Source of the DNA: Bacteroidota bacterium | Lineage (GTDB): Bacteria > Bacteroidota > Ignavibacteria > UBA10030 | Direction of reading: 5' to 3' | Assembly (NCBI GenBank): GCA_040880975.1 | Contig: JBBEEC010000061.1 | Location: forward strand, 11,325 to 75,324 | DNA length: 64,000 nt | Shown here: one piece after another, positions 56,656 through 64,000 of the stretch | How positions within the stretch are numbered: the first letter of the stretch is position 1 | Layout: every line of letters starts with the position of its first letter | Program-made: the position numbers and the translations under genes | Notes under the pieces: model-generated | What the model was told of the DNA's origin: nothing | Databases searched by the model: none | The model's input: the letters and a program-made list of their open reading frames with translations, nothing else

Positions 56656-58578
56656 TCACCTTTCCGTTTTCTTTCGGAACTGATCTAACGCAAGACGTGC
56701 GTTGGCCGTATCCCCCATTTGTCCGTAGATCTGGGCCATCGACTGGTATGCAGCCGGCATTTCAGGGTTGGCTTTGAGCAGCTTCTGCAACCTGGCAATA
56801 GCCTCATTCGGTTGCTGGCGCCGGAGCGGAAGCTGGGCGAGCGCAAAATGCGCCTGCCAATAGGCGGGATGCAGACGTATGGATTTGGCAAATTCTTCCT
56901 CGGCCCGGTCGATTTGACCAGCCATAGCCAGTGCCCAGGCGAAGTGGTGACGAGCGCGGGACGACAGCGAATCGAGCAGAACAGCTCTCTCCACCAAGGG
57001 CCCGCCCTGGCTCAGATCGCCACGCGCAAGATACTGCCACCCGGTCGCCGTCAGCCAGGCCACCTGGCTTGTGGTAAAATGAACGCGCTCCGGGTCAAAA
57101 GCGAACACTTCCAGGATCTCCGGGGTGAGTTCGTTCGTTTGAAAGAGAGGATTGACATTCACCACTTCAAACCAATTTCGAAGAAGAGCCAGGTGCGTCA
57201 CCTCTTGTTCCTGCAGAAATTCCCTCAGCAGGTCCAGATTGCCAATGCGCGGAATCATCTCCGGCGTGATCAGCCCCACCATATCGACAATCTTTCGCTG
57301 TGAATAGTACGCAATGGCTCCAATATCGTGCGTGGCAACGATCGCGGATTCCGGAAGATGTTCACGGATCCAATGTCCCGTTTTGACCTGGCGATCGGAT
57401 ATGTACTTGCAGGATTCCTGATACGTATGGCGTTCCTTCCAGGTCCCAAATCCAAACTGAACAGCCATGATTCCGAGCAAGACAAATCCGATCCGCGAAA
57501 CGGATCTCTCCGTGACAGAGTGCTTCCAATAACCAATTCCCTTTGTCATCGCCCAGTCTGCGCCGATCAACCCAAGAAACAGGTAAAAGGGAAGCACCGG
57601 CATTACATAGCGGCCATTTTGGTACAGGTACGGCAATTTGATCCAATACGCCAGGAACATCCCTGCAACAAACAAGAGTGGAATGACTCCAGGAGAATAC
57701 TCTCGCCTTGCCGCGCGAAGGATGGTCCGGATTATTCCCAATGCGCAAAATGGAGCAAGAATCACCAGGTGTCCACCAGTCAGGTAGCGGAATACTTCTT
57801 CGGGAAAATTCCTTCCCGTTCCCGAATAATACTTCAATTTTGCCGCGTAGGTGTTCGGCAGGAACGAGCCGGAAAGCATAGAATTGAACAACGCGTATCC
57901 CGCCCCAAACAAAATGACCAACGCGAGACTTTTCAACAACCAGGAGTGTTCACCTAACCCCTGTTTTTCGGATCGGCGTACAACAAAGTCCTTAAACACC
58001 ATGTCGGCGATCAGGATGCCGAAAAGAATCACCGCCTCGGGGCGGGTCCAAAGCAGAAGCCCCGCACTGATACCCAAGGCAATCGGTTTTCGGGCCGTGT
58101 ACCAATGGAAGACCGCCAGGAGAAGCACGATAAAGAGTGTCGTTTCCATTCCCGAAAGCGCTGCCCAGTGTAGGCGTGGTTCAAGGGCAAGCAGGAATCC
58201 GCCACCCATCACAAGCCATGATCGCCCGGGGAAGGCCTGTTCCACAATCCTGAAAAAGAGAACAATGGAGCCCAGGAACATGAAAACTCCGATCACATAG
58301 CTGAGAATCATTTCGTTCTCTGTGACGAGCAATCCTGCTGCAAGAAGAAGGGTGTAGAATGGGGAGGTTGATCCTGAAGTCACCATTTCACCCTTGTAAT
58401 AAGAAAAAGCGCCGTGTTCGGCGAGATTTTTTGCAAACTGCAGATGAATCCAGGGATCATCGAGCGGAAATCCAAAGCCCTCGTTGCTGTAATAGGCAAG
58501 CGAACCCATCGTCCCGGCGAAGGCAAGGCAAACGAGCATTGCTGTGACAAGGACGATGTGCCGCGGATGAAGCGTCAT
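56656..58578 (-). CDS. GT-C fold membrane glycosyltransferase (GT39/PMT- or TMTC-like) with C-terminal TPR domain
   Basis: N-terminal polytopic domain with first-loop acidic motif FPLDDPWIHLQF typical of PMT/ArnT-like GT-C enzymes; C-terminal about 150 aa of TPR repeats; start ATG abuts upstream stop. Confidence 0.5.
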   Translation of the reverse strand: MTLHPRHIVLVTAMLVCLAFAGTMGSLAYYSNEGFGFPLDDPWIHLQFAKNLAEHGAFSYYKGEMVTSGSTSPFYTLLLAAGLLVTENEMILSYVIGVFMFLGSIVLFFRIVEQAFPGRSWLVMGGGFLLALEPRLHWAALSGMETTLFIVLLLAVFHWYTARKPIALGISAGLLLWTRPEAVILFGILIADMVFKDFVVRRSEKQGLGEHSWLLKSLALVILFGAGYALFNSMLSGSFLPNTYAAKLKYYSGTGRNFPEEVFRYLTGGHLVILAPFCALGIIRTILRAARREYSPGVIPLLFVAGMFLAYWIKLPYLYQNGRYVMPVLPFYLFLGLIGADWAMTKGIGYWKHSVTERSVSRIGFVLLGIMAVQFGFGTWKERHTYQESCKYISDRQVKTGHWIREHLPESAIVATHDIGAIAYYSQRKIVDMVGLITPEMIPRIGNLDLLREFLQEQEVTHLALLRNWFEVVNVNPLFQTNELTPEILEVFAFDPERVHFTTSQVAWLTATGWQYLARGDLSQGGPLVERAVLLDSLSSRARHHFAWALAMAGQIDRAEEEFAKSIRLHPAYWQAHFALAQLPLRRQQPNEAIARLQKLLKANPEMPAAYQSMAQIYGQMGDTANARLALDQFRKKTER

Positions 58579-59882
58579 AAGGTTTGAACCGGAGGTGGAT
58601 TGGAAGGCCGAAGAAGTAACCGGCCGAGATGAACGAATAGCACGAGCACAGCCAAAGGCTTCGGAATGTGAAACGCGAAGCTCTTCCAGGCATCCCACGA
58701 AAGTTCCGGATCAAATAGGACCGGTGACTGGTCAAAAAACACGAACAGGGTCGGAAGGGCAATCACCGCATACGTAGACCAGAACACGGTTTTTGAGAGA
58801 GCAAGGCCGCCTGAGGTCATTCGATAATAGAGAATGACAAACACGGGCAACAGCATGACGTACTGGTGTTCCCAGACATGCTTGTAAAAAAGAAAGTATG
58901 CAAGAACCCAGAGGAGATACATTTCCGGACGAAAGCCCCGTTTTGACCTGAGGGTTATTAGAAGCGTACCGCCAACAACCATAACCGTCCAAAGGAGGAG
59001 GGGAACCTCCATCAACTGGTCCATCTGCGGTACCCGCTGTCCAAGAATCTGGAGGTTGTCCGTCCAGAGCCCGCTGGTACGGAGGATTGCCATACCGATG
59101 AGGGCGGTGAAGCCTTGATTTCCCAGAAGCGTTGACATGGTCATTCGCCCTGAATAATTCTGGGCAAATTGTTCATAGGACCCCGGGGTTGCTGCGAAAT
59201 AGGGAATGGCAATCAAAGCCGCAACAGCGCCGCCAGCAACAACCGCTTTCCAGCGCCCCTCGCGCAGAAGCACCGGGACAAAAAGAATAGAATTCGATTT
59301 CACAACCAAAGAAAGCGTCCACCAGGCGTCGCCTTGCGTTCGGGCTCCCCGTGACCAATCCGCGACAGCCCAAAATATCAGACTGGCCATCACAAAGGAA
59401 AACTGGCCCATAAATAATTCGAGGTAAAAAGGAGAGAAAACGAGCCAGAGAGACACTGCCAGAGCCGCGTGAAGTTTATTCGGAAATAATGACCACGTTT
59501 TAAACGCGTTGACCATCAGCAAGATCTCCAGAAGGATGATCCAGACTCCGTAGGCGGCGAAAGGCGGGAGGGCCTGGGCCGCAAGGCCTATCGTCAGAGC
59601 GACAAATGGATGGTACCGATACGGATAGTAATAGGGAACTTCCTGACGAGCCGGAGTGGTCGAGTAAATGCTGATGCCTTCCACCAGATTTGTTCCGGCT
59701 TGGTACACCGCAAAGAAATCTGCCGCCTTTCCCGTCCGATGCATGGCATCATCGAAGAAGGGATTCAAAAGGCCGAGCGGGAGTGAGGCGAGCATGAGAC
59801 AGCAAATGAGCGCCGCGGGAATCAAGATAAACGATACGGTTTGGTTGCGCGGCGGGAAAAAACGGAATCCGGTTCTATTCAT
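58575..59882 (-). CDS. polytopic membrane protein, GT87/DUF2029-like putative glycosyltransferase
   Basis: About 11 TM helices; early loop NPFFDDAMHRTGKAADFFAVYQAG resembling the DUF2029 acidic loop. Confidence 0.4.
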   Translation of the reverse strand: MNRTGFRFFPPRNQTVSFILIPAALICCLMLASLPLGLLNPFFDDAMHRTGKAADFFAVYQAGTNLVEGISIYSTTPARQEVPYYYPYRYHPFVALTIGLAAQALPPFAAYGVWIILLEILLMVNAFKTWSLFPNKLHAALAVSLWLVFSPFYLELFMGQFSFVMASLIFWAVADWSRGARTQGDAWWTLSLVVKSNSILFVPVLLREGRWKAVVAGGAVAALIAIPYFAATPGSYEQFAQNYSGRMTMSTLLGNQGFTALIGMAILRTSGLWTDNLQILGQRVPQMDQLMEVPLLLWTVMVVGGTLLITLRSKRGFRPEMYLLWVLAYFLFYKHVWEHQYVMLLPVFVILYYRMTSGGLALSKTVFWSTYAVIALPTLFVFFDQSPVLFDPELSWDAWKSFAFHIPKPLAVLVLFVHLGRLLLRPSNPPPVQTL

Positions 59883-59900
59883 GGGAAAAACGAAATCCGA

Positions 59901-60548
59901 TCAGAGGCGTTCGAAAACGACGATATTCCAGAGGAAGGTGCTGTTTTCATAGACGAGCCTGAATCCCCGCGAGGTTATTGAGGTCCGAAGGTCGTTCCAG
60001 TCGTGCCAGTAGGGTGTAAAAGCCGCCTTGAACAGCTTCGAAATAAAAATTTGTGTGAGGAATCCCCAACGGACAATTGCTCTTTCCCGAGGCATACTCA
60101 TTGCATAGACGCGTCGTGTCTTCTCCATTGACCTGCTGACAAGCTCATCAACATTCTCATAACAACAGACAACTTTGTCGAGAATGGTAATGTCGGCCGA
60201 TGGAAGATCGGCTGCCATGCTTGTGAAATCCCCCAGCACATAATTGACCCTTTCCTGAACGCCATGCTTTTCTGCAAACGCACGCGCCTGCTTGATCATG
60301 CCTTCCGCTGCATCAACGCCAGTGGCACGCACAGCTCCCTCCCGAAGGAGGGCGATGTGGAGAGCTCCGACGCCGCATCCAATATCAAGGACCTCTGCCG
60401 AGGGAACCGGAACACGCCCGATACCCTTCAGAATGTGCAATTGAACTTTTTCAAGTCCCTTCCGGCGAAAGCGTTTGGCGTACTTGGAAGAGAACCGTGT
60501 GAAGAACTTGTTCGTGCCGGGGCATTCCGGCCCGTTGCAGCATGTCAT
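59901..60548 (-). CDS. class I SAM-dependent methyltransferase
   Basis: VLDIGCGVGALHIAL motif I; about 215 aa. Confidence 0.75.
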   Translation of the reverse strand: MTCCNGPECPGTNKFFTRFSSKYAKRFRRKGLEKVQLHILKGIGRVPVPSAEVLDIGCGVGALHIALLREGAVRATGVDAAEGMIKQARAFAEKHGVQERVNYVLGDFTSMAADLPSADITILDKVVCCYENVDELVSRSMEKTRRVYAMSMPRERAIVRWGFLTQIFISKLFKAAFTPYWHDWNDLRTSITSRGFRLVYENSTFLWNIVVFERL

Positions 60549-61015
60549 GGCGAGTCCTTCCCGAGGACAAAATCGACTTCAAATAACTGATAAGGCGTCT
60601 TTTTCATTCCGAGTTTTTGATAGGTGCGCATGGCGTTCTGGTTGTCGTGTTCCACATACAAACGAAGGCCGCAGACTCCTGGCTGTTTTCTGGCCATAAC
60701 CTCAACGTGCCTGTAGAGAGCTTTAAAGACTCCTCGCCCTCGAACTTCTTGTCGCACGTAAACGCTTTGGATCCACCAAAACACACCGTTACGCCAATCA
60801 CTCCATTCATACGTAATCAACAATTGCCCCACGACCCTGCCGTCCATTTCAGCCACATAGTATGTTCCATGGGATGGCTCCCGGACAACCGCTTCCACAC
60901 CCTTTCGGAGTGTCTCGTGGTCAAGGGTGCGGTGTTCGGTTTCGAGGGCCATCAAGGCATTAAATTGAGCGATCAAGGGGGCGTCGTCCGCGCGCGCCGG
61001 CCGAATGAGAAGTGC
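60545..61015 (-). CDS. GNAT family N-acetyltransferase
   Basis: About 156 aa; RGRGVFKALYRHVE acetyl-CoA binding motif A; 4-nt overlap with the methyltransferase gene. Confidence 0.7.
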   Translation of the reverse strand, partial: ALLIRPARADDAPLIAQFNALMALETEHRTLDHETLRKGVEAVVREPSHGTYYVAEMDGRVVGQLLITYEWSDWRNGVFWWIQSVYVRQEVRGRGVFKALYRHVEVMARKQPGVCGLRLYVEHDNQNAMRTYQKLGMKKTPYQLFEVDFVLGKDSP

Positions 61016-61096
61016 CATAGTCTCGAAGAATATAGGGGAAGAAGGAGGGAGATGCAATCAGCCGCGCGCCACGGCGATGATCTTGCAAACAAATTG

Positions 61097-61561
61097 TCAG
61101 GGAGAGATACGAACGGGTGTGCCAATGGTCACAAGTTTTTTCAATTCTGCAATGTGATCGTTGGAGAGTCGTATGCAACCTTCCGTCGCCATTGTTCCGA
61201 GCGAAGATGGATCGTGGGTTCCGTGTATTCCGATTCCCCTCCATCCCGGCGTCTGGAGCCTGAGAAACCATGGTCCGTAAGCCCCTGCGATTGGCCCTTT
61301 TCCATCACTGAAGTCATAAACCCAGGACACGGATTTCTGAATCTGGGAAATGGTGAATTCGCCAACAGGTGTTCTGTTGTCACCGACGCGTTGTTTGTTT
61401 CCCGGATTCCGGCCCACCGCAATTTCATATTTCGTTAGAAGGGAATCCCCTCGGAAAACGGAAAGTGTGTAATTGCTTTTGTCAATGACCACCCGAACGG
61501 GATGTTCATGAACATCCTGAACAATAGGCAAGAACACGAACAGGAAGGTGAGGGATTTCAT
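61097..61561 (-). CDS. L,D-transpeptidase (YkuD domain), secreted
   Basis: Signal peptide; catalytic block IGIHGTHDPSSLGTMATEGCIRL (His/Cys dyad context). Confidence 0.75.
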   Translation of the reverse strand: MKSLTFLFVFLPIVQDVHEHPVRVVIDKSNYTLSVFRGDSLLTKYEIAVGRNPGNKQRVGDNRTPVGEFTISQIQKSVSWVYDFSDGKGPIAGAYGPWFLRLQTPGWRGIGIHGTHDPSSLGTMATEGCIRLSNDHIAELKKLVTIGTPVRISP

Positions 61562-61665
61562 TGGGGCAATATAGCGGAAGATGAGAAATAAAAAAAGATG
61601 CACCGGAGCTTTTTGCTTGTCCCCGCTCCGATGCATCCGATTGTTCGCCGAAGGATAGCGAACGG

Positions 61666-63510
61666 TTATTGGTCTTTGTACACGGTGATGCCCCAATGCA
61701 TCCGGTCGTCCGGCGCATCGTCATTCCAGTCGTTGTAGGAATGGGAATCATCCGTTTTGTAGTGCAGTTCGTATTCACCCGGTTCCAGGATAAGCGTCGT
61801 GCTCACCGTCCGGTTTTTTCTCGCTCCGCCTGCCCGGTCGGTCATGCCATAGGTCATCTCCCAGACAACCCTTCCCGTGCGACGGTCTTCGACCCAACCG
61901 TAGTCCGCCATTCTGCGATCCACGCCTTCCCCGATCGCATAAATGCGCACACGCGTTGATTTGTCAATGCTGAAGGATTTGGTGACATGCCGGTTATCCC
62001 GGACACGGATCAGTTGGGCGAGCACGTTGGCTTCTTCACCCTCGTTGAACGGCGTCACGGTGCGCGCGTCAAATTGCTCGCCGACGCCGCTGATGGTCAT
62101 TCCGTAGAACTCTTCATCGAACGGCGGATCAGAGTTCCAATCTTGATATGCGTGGGATCCGTCCGTCTGGTAATATGCAATGTAACTGCCGGCCGGCAGG
62201 GTAATCACCTCATCAACAAGCCGGTTTTTCGTTGCCCCGCCCGCATGCAAGGTTTCGCGGTCCTCCATGGACCATACGCGTTCCCGGTTTTTTGCCCGAA
62301 CGATCCACCCATAATCGGCCAATTCCCGATGGTTATCACCTTCGCCGATGGCATAGACGCGCAGCTTTGTTTCGTGTTTGAGAGTGAACCCGGCGCTCAC
62401 AAAGTCGTTGTCACGAACTCTCGTTAGAGAAACGACAGCGTTCAGGGATGGATCGGGGAATTCGGCCGGAGAGATCCTGGCGCGATCTGCATCATTTAGA
62501 ACGCTGACCGTGATCCCGTAATTAAACGGATCGTACGGCGGCTTGGAATTCCAATCTTCATCCGAATGCGAATCATCGGTGACATAATACAACTCATAGG
62601 TTCCCCGGCTGAGCTCGACGTCACCGCTCCATCGGATGTTCTTCGATGCCCCACCGGCGTGCCGGACATTGCGATCGTTCATGTTCCATACGCGTTCACG
62701 CGTTACGCTATTCACAATCCATCCATAGTCAAAAACCTCATCCCGTTTTCGCCCTTCACCCAGAGCATACACGTGCACGGTCACCGGGGATTGGACGGAA
62801 AAAGCACGCTTGACGACTTCCCGATCGCCAACCCGCGTCGCTTTGAACACAGTGCGGGGAAACAGCCGAGGAGCGTCGAAACGCCCAACCTGCGATGCCT
62901 CGGATTCCTCGACGGAGATGGTGATGCCATAGTCCTTCGCATACTCCATGAAATCTTCATAGAGGTCGGAATCGTCGCCTGAAAACAATCCGAAGAAATT
63001 CACGCCCGACCAACGGCGGTTCTTACTCGTTCGCCTGTCAATGTTGGTGGACGAGGTGGAAAACGTGGAACTGCGATAGTAACCATGCGCCGCATAGTAC
63101 ACTTCATAAGAGCCGCCCTTAAGATCGATGGTCCCTTCAAATGTCCGGTGGTGGGTCTTGCCCGAAGTGTTATCCATCGTCATTTCCCAGACGCGTTCTC
63201 GTGTGTCGGCATTGATGATCCATCCCGCGGCGTACATTCTTGATTCGTCCGCAGCGTCAAAAACATCACGCCAAAACACGCGGTCACCGCCACCCAGGCC
63301 GGAAATAAAGATGCGAGCATCGTTCTTGAGCGAGAATCCCGCTCCTTTTACCTCGATGTCCGTGAAATCGCGAAGCGACAGAATTTCGCGTTGTGCTGGC
63401 GGGCTGGAAGAAAGGTTGACAGAAGGGCTGTGGGTTGCGGCCCCGGGAATCGTAAGAACAAGTGCGGTAATAAGGGTTGCGTGTGCAAGTCCAGAATGGT
63501 TTTGTCGCAT
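61666..63510 (-). CDS. secreted protein composed of 4-5 tandem about 115-aa repeats of an uncharacterised domain
   Basis: Signal peptide MRQNHSGLAHATLITALVLTIPGAATHS; repeats share V.L.RV.D...V...F......R.YA.GEG.....DYGWI....RERVWEM......AGGA.KNR.........G.YELYY.TDDSHSY.DWN..P.D...YGITV. Confidence 0.5.
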   Translation of the reverse strand: MRQNHSGLAHATLITALVLTIPGAATHSPSVNLSSSPPAQREILSLRDFTDIEVKGAGFSLKNDARIFISGLGGGDRVFWRDVFDAADESRMYAAGWIINADTRERVWEMTMDNTSGKTHHRTFEGTIDLKGGSYEVYYAAHGYYRSSTFSTSSTNIDRRTSKNRRWSGVNFFGLFSGDDSDLYEDFMEYAKDYGITISVEESEASQVGRFDAPRLFPRTVFKATRVGDREVVKRAFSVQSPVTVHVYALGEGRKRDEVFDYGWIVNSVTRERVWNMNDRNVRHAGGASKNIRWSGDVELSRGTYELYYVTDDSHSDEDWNSKPPYDPFNYGITVSVLNDADRARISPAEFPDPSLNAVVSLTRVRDNDFVSAGFTLKHETKLRVYAIGEGDNHRELADYGWIVRAKNRERVWSMEDRETLHAGGATKNRLVDEVITLPAGSYIAYYQTDGSHAYQDWNSDPPFDEEFYGMTISGVGEQFDARTVTPFNEGEEANVLAQLIRVRDNRHVTKSFSIDKSTRVRIYAIGEGVDRRMADYGWVEDRRTGRVVWEMTYGMTDRAGGARKNRTVSTTLILEPGEYELHYKTDDSHSYNDWNDDAPDDRMHWGITVYKDQ

Positions 63511-63620
63511 GGTATCTCCTGATCGGAACACTGCAGAATGATACGACGCGAAACCCCCAAAGGTTGCGCAAGATGCTGATTAGAAAAGACTTACAGTGCG
63601 CGGAATGTCCTGGAACGGGC

Positions 63621-64000
63621 TTAATTTTCGAGAGAAGGGGCTCGATTTTGCATGATATCGCGCACCGAATCCGTGATTTTCCGAAAATCGATCTTCCCGG
63701 AGGCCATTTTGGGCAATTCGCCCAATACAACGAATTGTTTGGGGAGGGCAATATTCGGAAGATGTTCGGCCATGCGCTTCAGTGTGGTTTTTTCATCAAG
63801 AGGATGGGTCACGGCAGCGACAATCTTGGCTCCTTTGACATGGTCCGGAACTTCGACAACACAACAGAGCACGTCTGGCGGAAGGAACTGCTCGAGAACA
63901 TTTTCGACCCGGATAAGCGATACCATTTCGCCTCCGATTTTCAAAAATCTCTTCAATCGACCAACATGCCAGAGGTATCCATCATCATCCATATATCCCA
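63621..64000 (-). CDS. AMP-binding (acyl-CoA synthetase-like) enzyme, C-terminal fragment; gene continues beyond window
   Basis: C-terminal domain motif PKMASGKIDFRKI typical of adenylate-forming enzymes; no start within window. Confidence 0.6.
   Translation of the reverse strand, partial: GYMDDDGYLWHVGRLKRFLKIGGEMVSLIRVENVLEQFLPPDVLCCVVEVPDHVKGAKIVAAVTHPLDEKTTLKRMAEHLPNIALPKQFVVLGELPKMASGKIDFRKITDSVRDIMQNRAPSLEN

Noticed and set aside
1-64000. CRISPR arrays, tRNA/rRNA genes, transposases, integrases and phage genes
   Set aside because: I looked for direct repeats with regular spacers, cloverleaf-like segments and IS-like inverted terminal repeats and found none. Apart from the ars/amidase insertion, nothing looks mobile.

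Overview
This is a 64 kb window of high-GC (about 58-60%) chromosomal DNA. It probably comes from the Bacteroidetes/Chlorobi/Ignavibacteria group (FCB group). The evidence is a Type IX secretion system (T9SS) C-terminal sorting domain, a PorV/PorQ-like outer membrane protein, a DUF3108 protein and a PrsW protease; no ribosomal RNA or tRNA is present to confirm it. Coding density is high, with long co-directional gene arrays. No rRNA, tRNA, CRISPR array or transposase was seen.

Gene content in order:
(1) Plus strand, 0-4.6 kb: the C-terminal end of a tetratricopeptide-repeat (TPR) protein, a putative outer membrane protein, two tandem paralogous metallo-beta-lactamase-fold lipoproteins and an amidohydrolase.
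(2) 4.6-7.8 kb: a regulatory operon. It holds a histidine-kinase-like ATPase (HATPase) anti-sigma kinase, a STAS-domain antagonist, an extracytoplasmic-function (ECF) sigma factor, a membrane anti-sigma factor, and a membrane-anchored protein made almost entirely of about 30 tandem octapeptide repeats (xLANAELRA). The operon ends in a clean intrinsic terminator.
(3) 7.9-11.8 kb: a 987-aa HEXXH metalloprotease fused to a beta-propeller and an Omp85-like beta-barrel, translationally coupled to a PrsW intramembrane protease.
(4) 11.9-22.6 kb: a secreted aminopeptidase island (M55, M61 with PDZ, two M1) followed by DUF2339 and other membrane proteins.
(5) 22.9-28.8 kb: envelope and lipid enzymes (DUF3108, NAD-dependent epimerase, CPBP protease, PAP2 phosphatase, D-aminoacylase).
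(6) Minus strand, 28.9-40.2 kb: an arginine biosynthesis cluster, argC-argJ-argB-argF-argR-argG ... argH. It is interrupted between argG and argH by an amidase gene and an arsR-arsM-arsN2-arsC arsenic methylation/reduction operon. Tandem Arg-box-like palindromes sit at the argC start, and a perfect heptamer tandem array (GATTGGT x6) lies upstream of argH.
(7) 40.3-45.8 kb: an outer membrane protein, the GTPase ychF and a pair of M16 peptidases.
(8) 46.4-53.4 kb: a TonB-dependent receptor, a 1007-aa T9SS-sorted protein and a PorV/PorQ-like outer membrane protein.
(9) Minus strand, 53.5-64 kb: a TPR protein, a GT-C (GT39/TMTC-like) glycosyltransferase with a C-terminal TPR domain, a GT87/DUF2029-like membrane protein, a SAM methyltransferase, a GNAT acetyltransferase, an L,D-transpeptidase, a secreted protein built from four or five ~115-aa tandem repeats, and the C-terminal end of an AMP-binding enzyme.

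The most novel-looking candidates are the ECF sigma/anti-sigma operon with its octapeptide-repeat membrane protein followed by the protease-propeller-barrel/PrsW pair; the secreted tandem-repeat protein at 61.7-63.5 kb; a candidate structured RNA at about 22.7-22.9 kb; and the heptamer tandem repeat next to argH.
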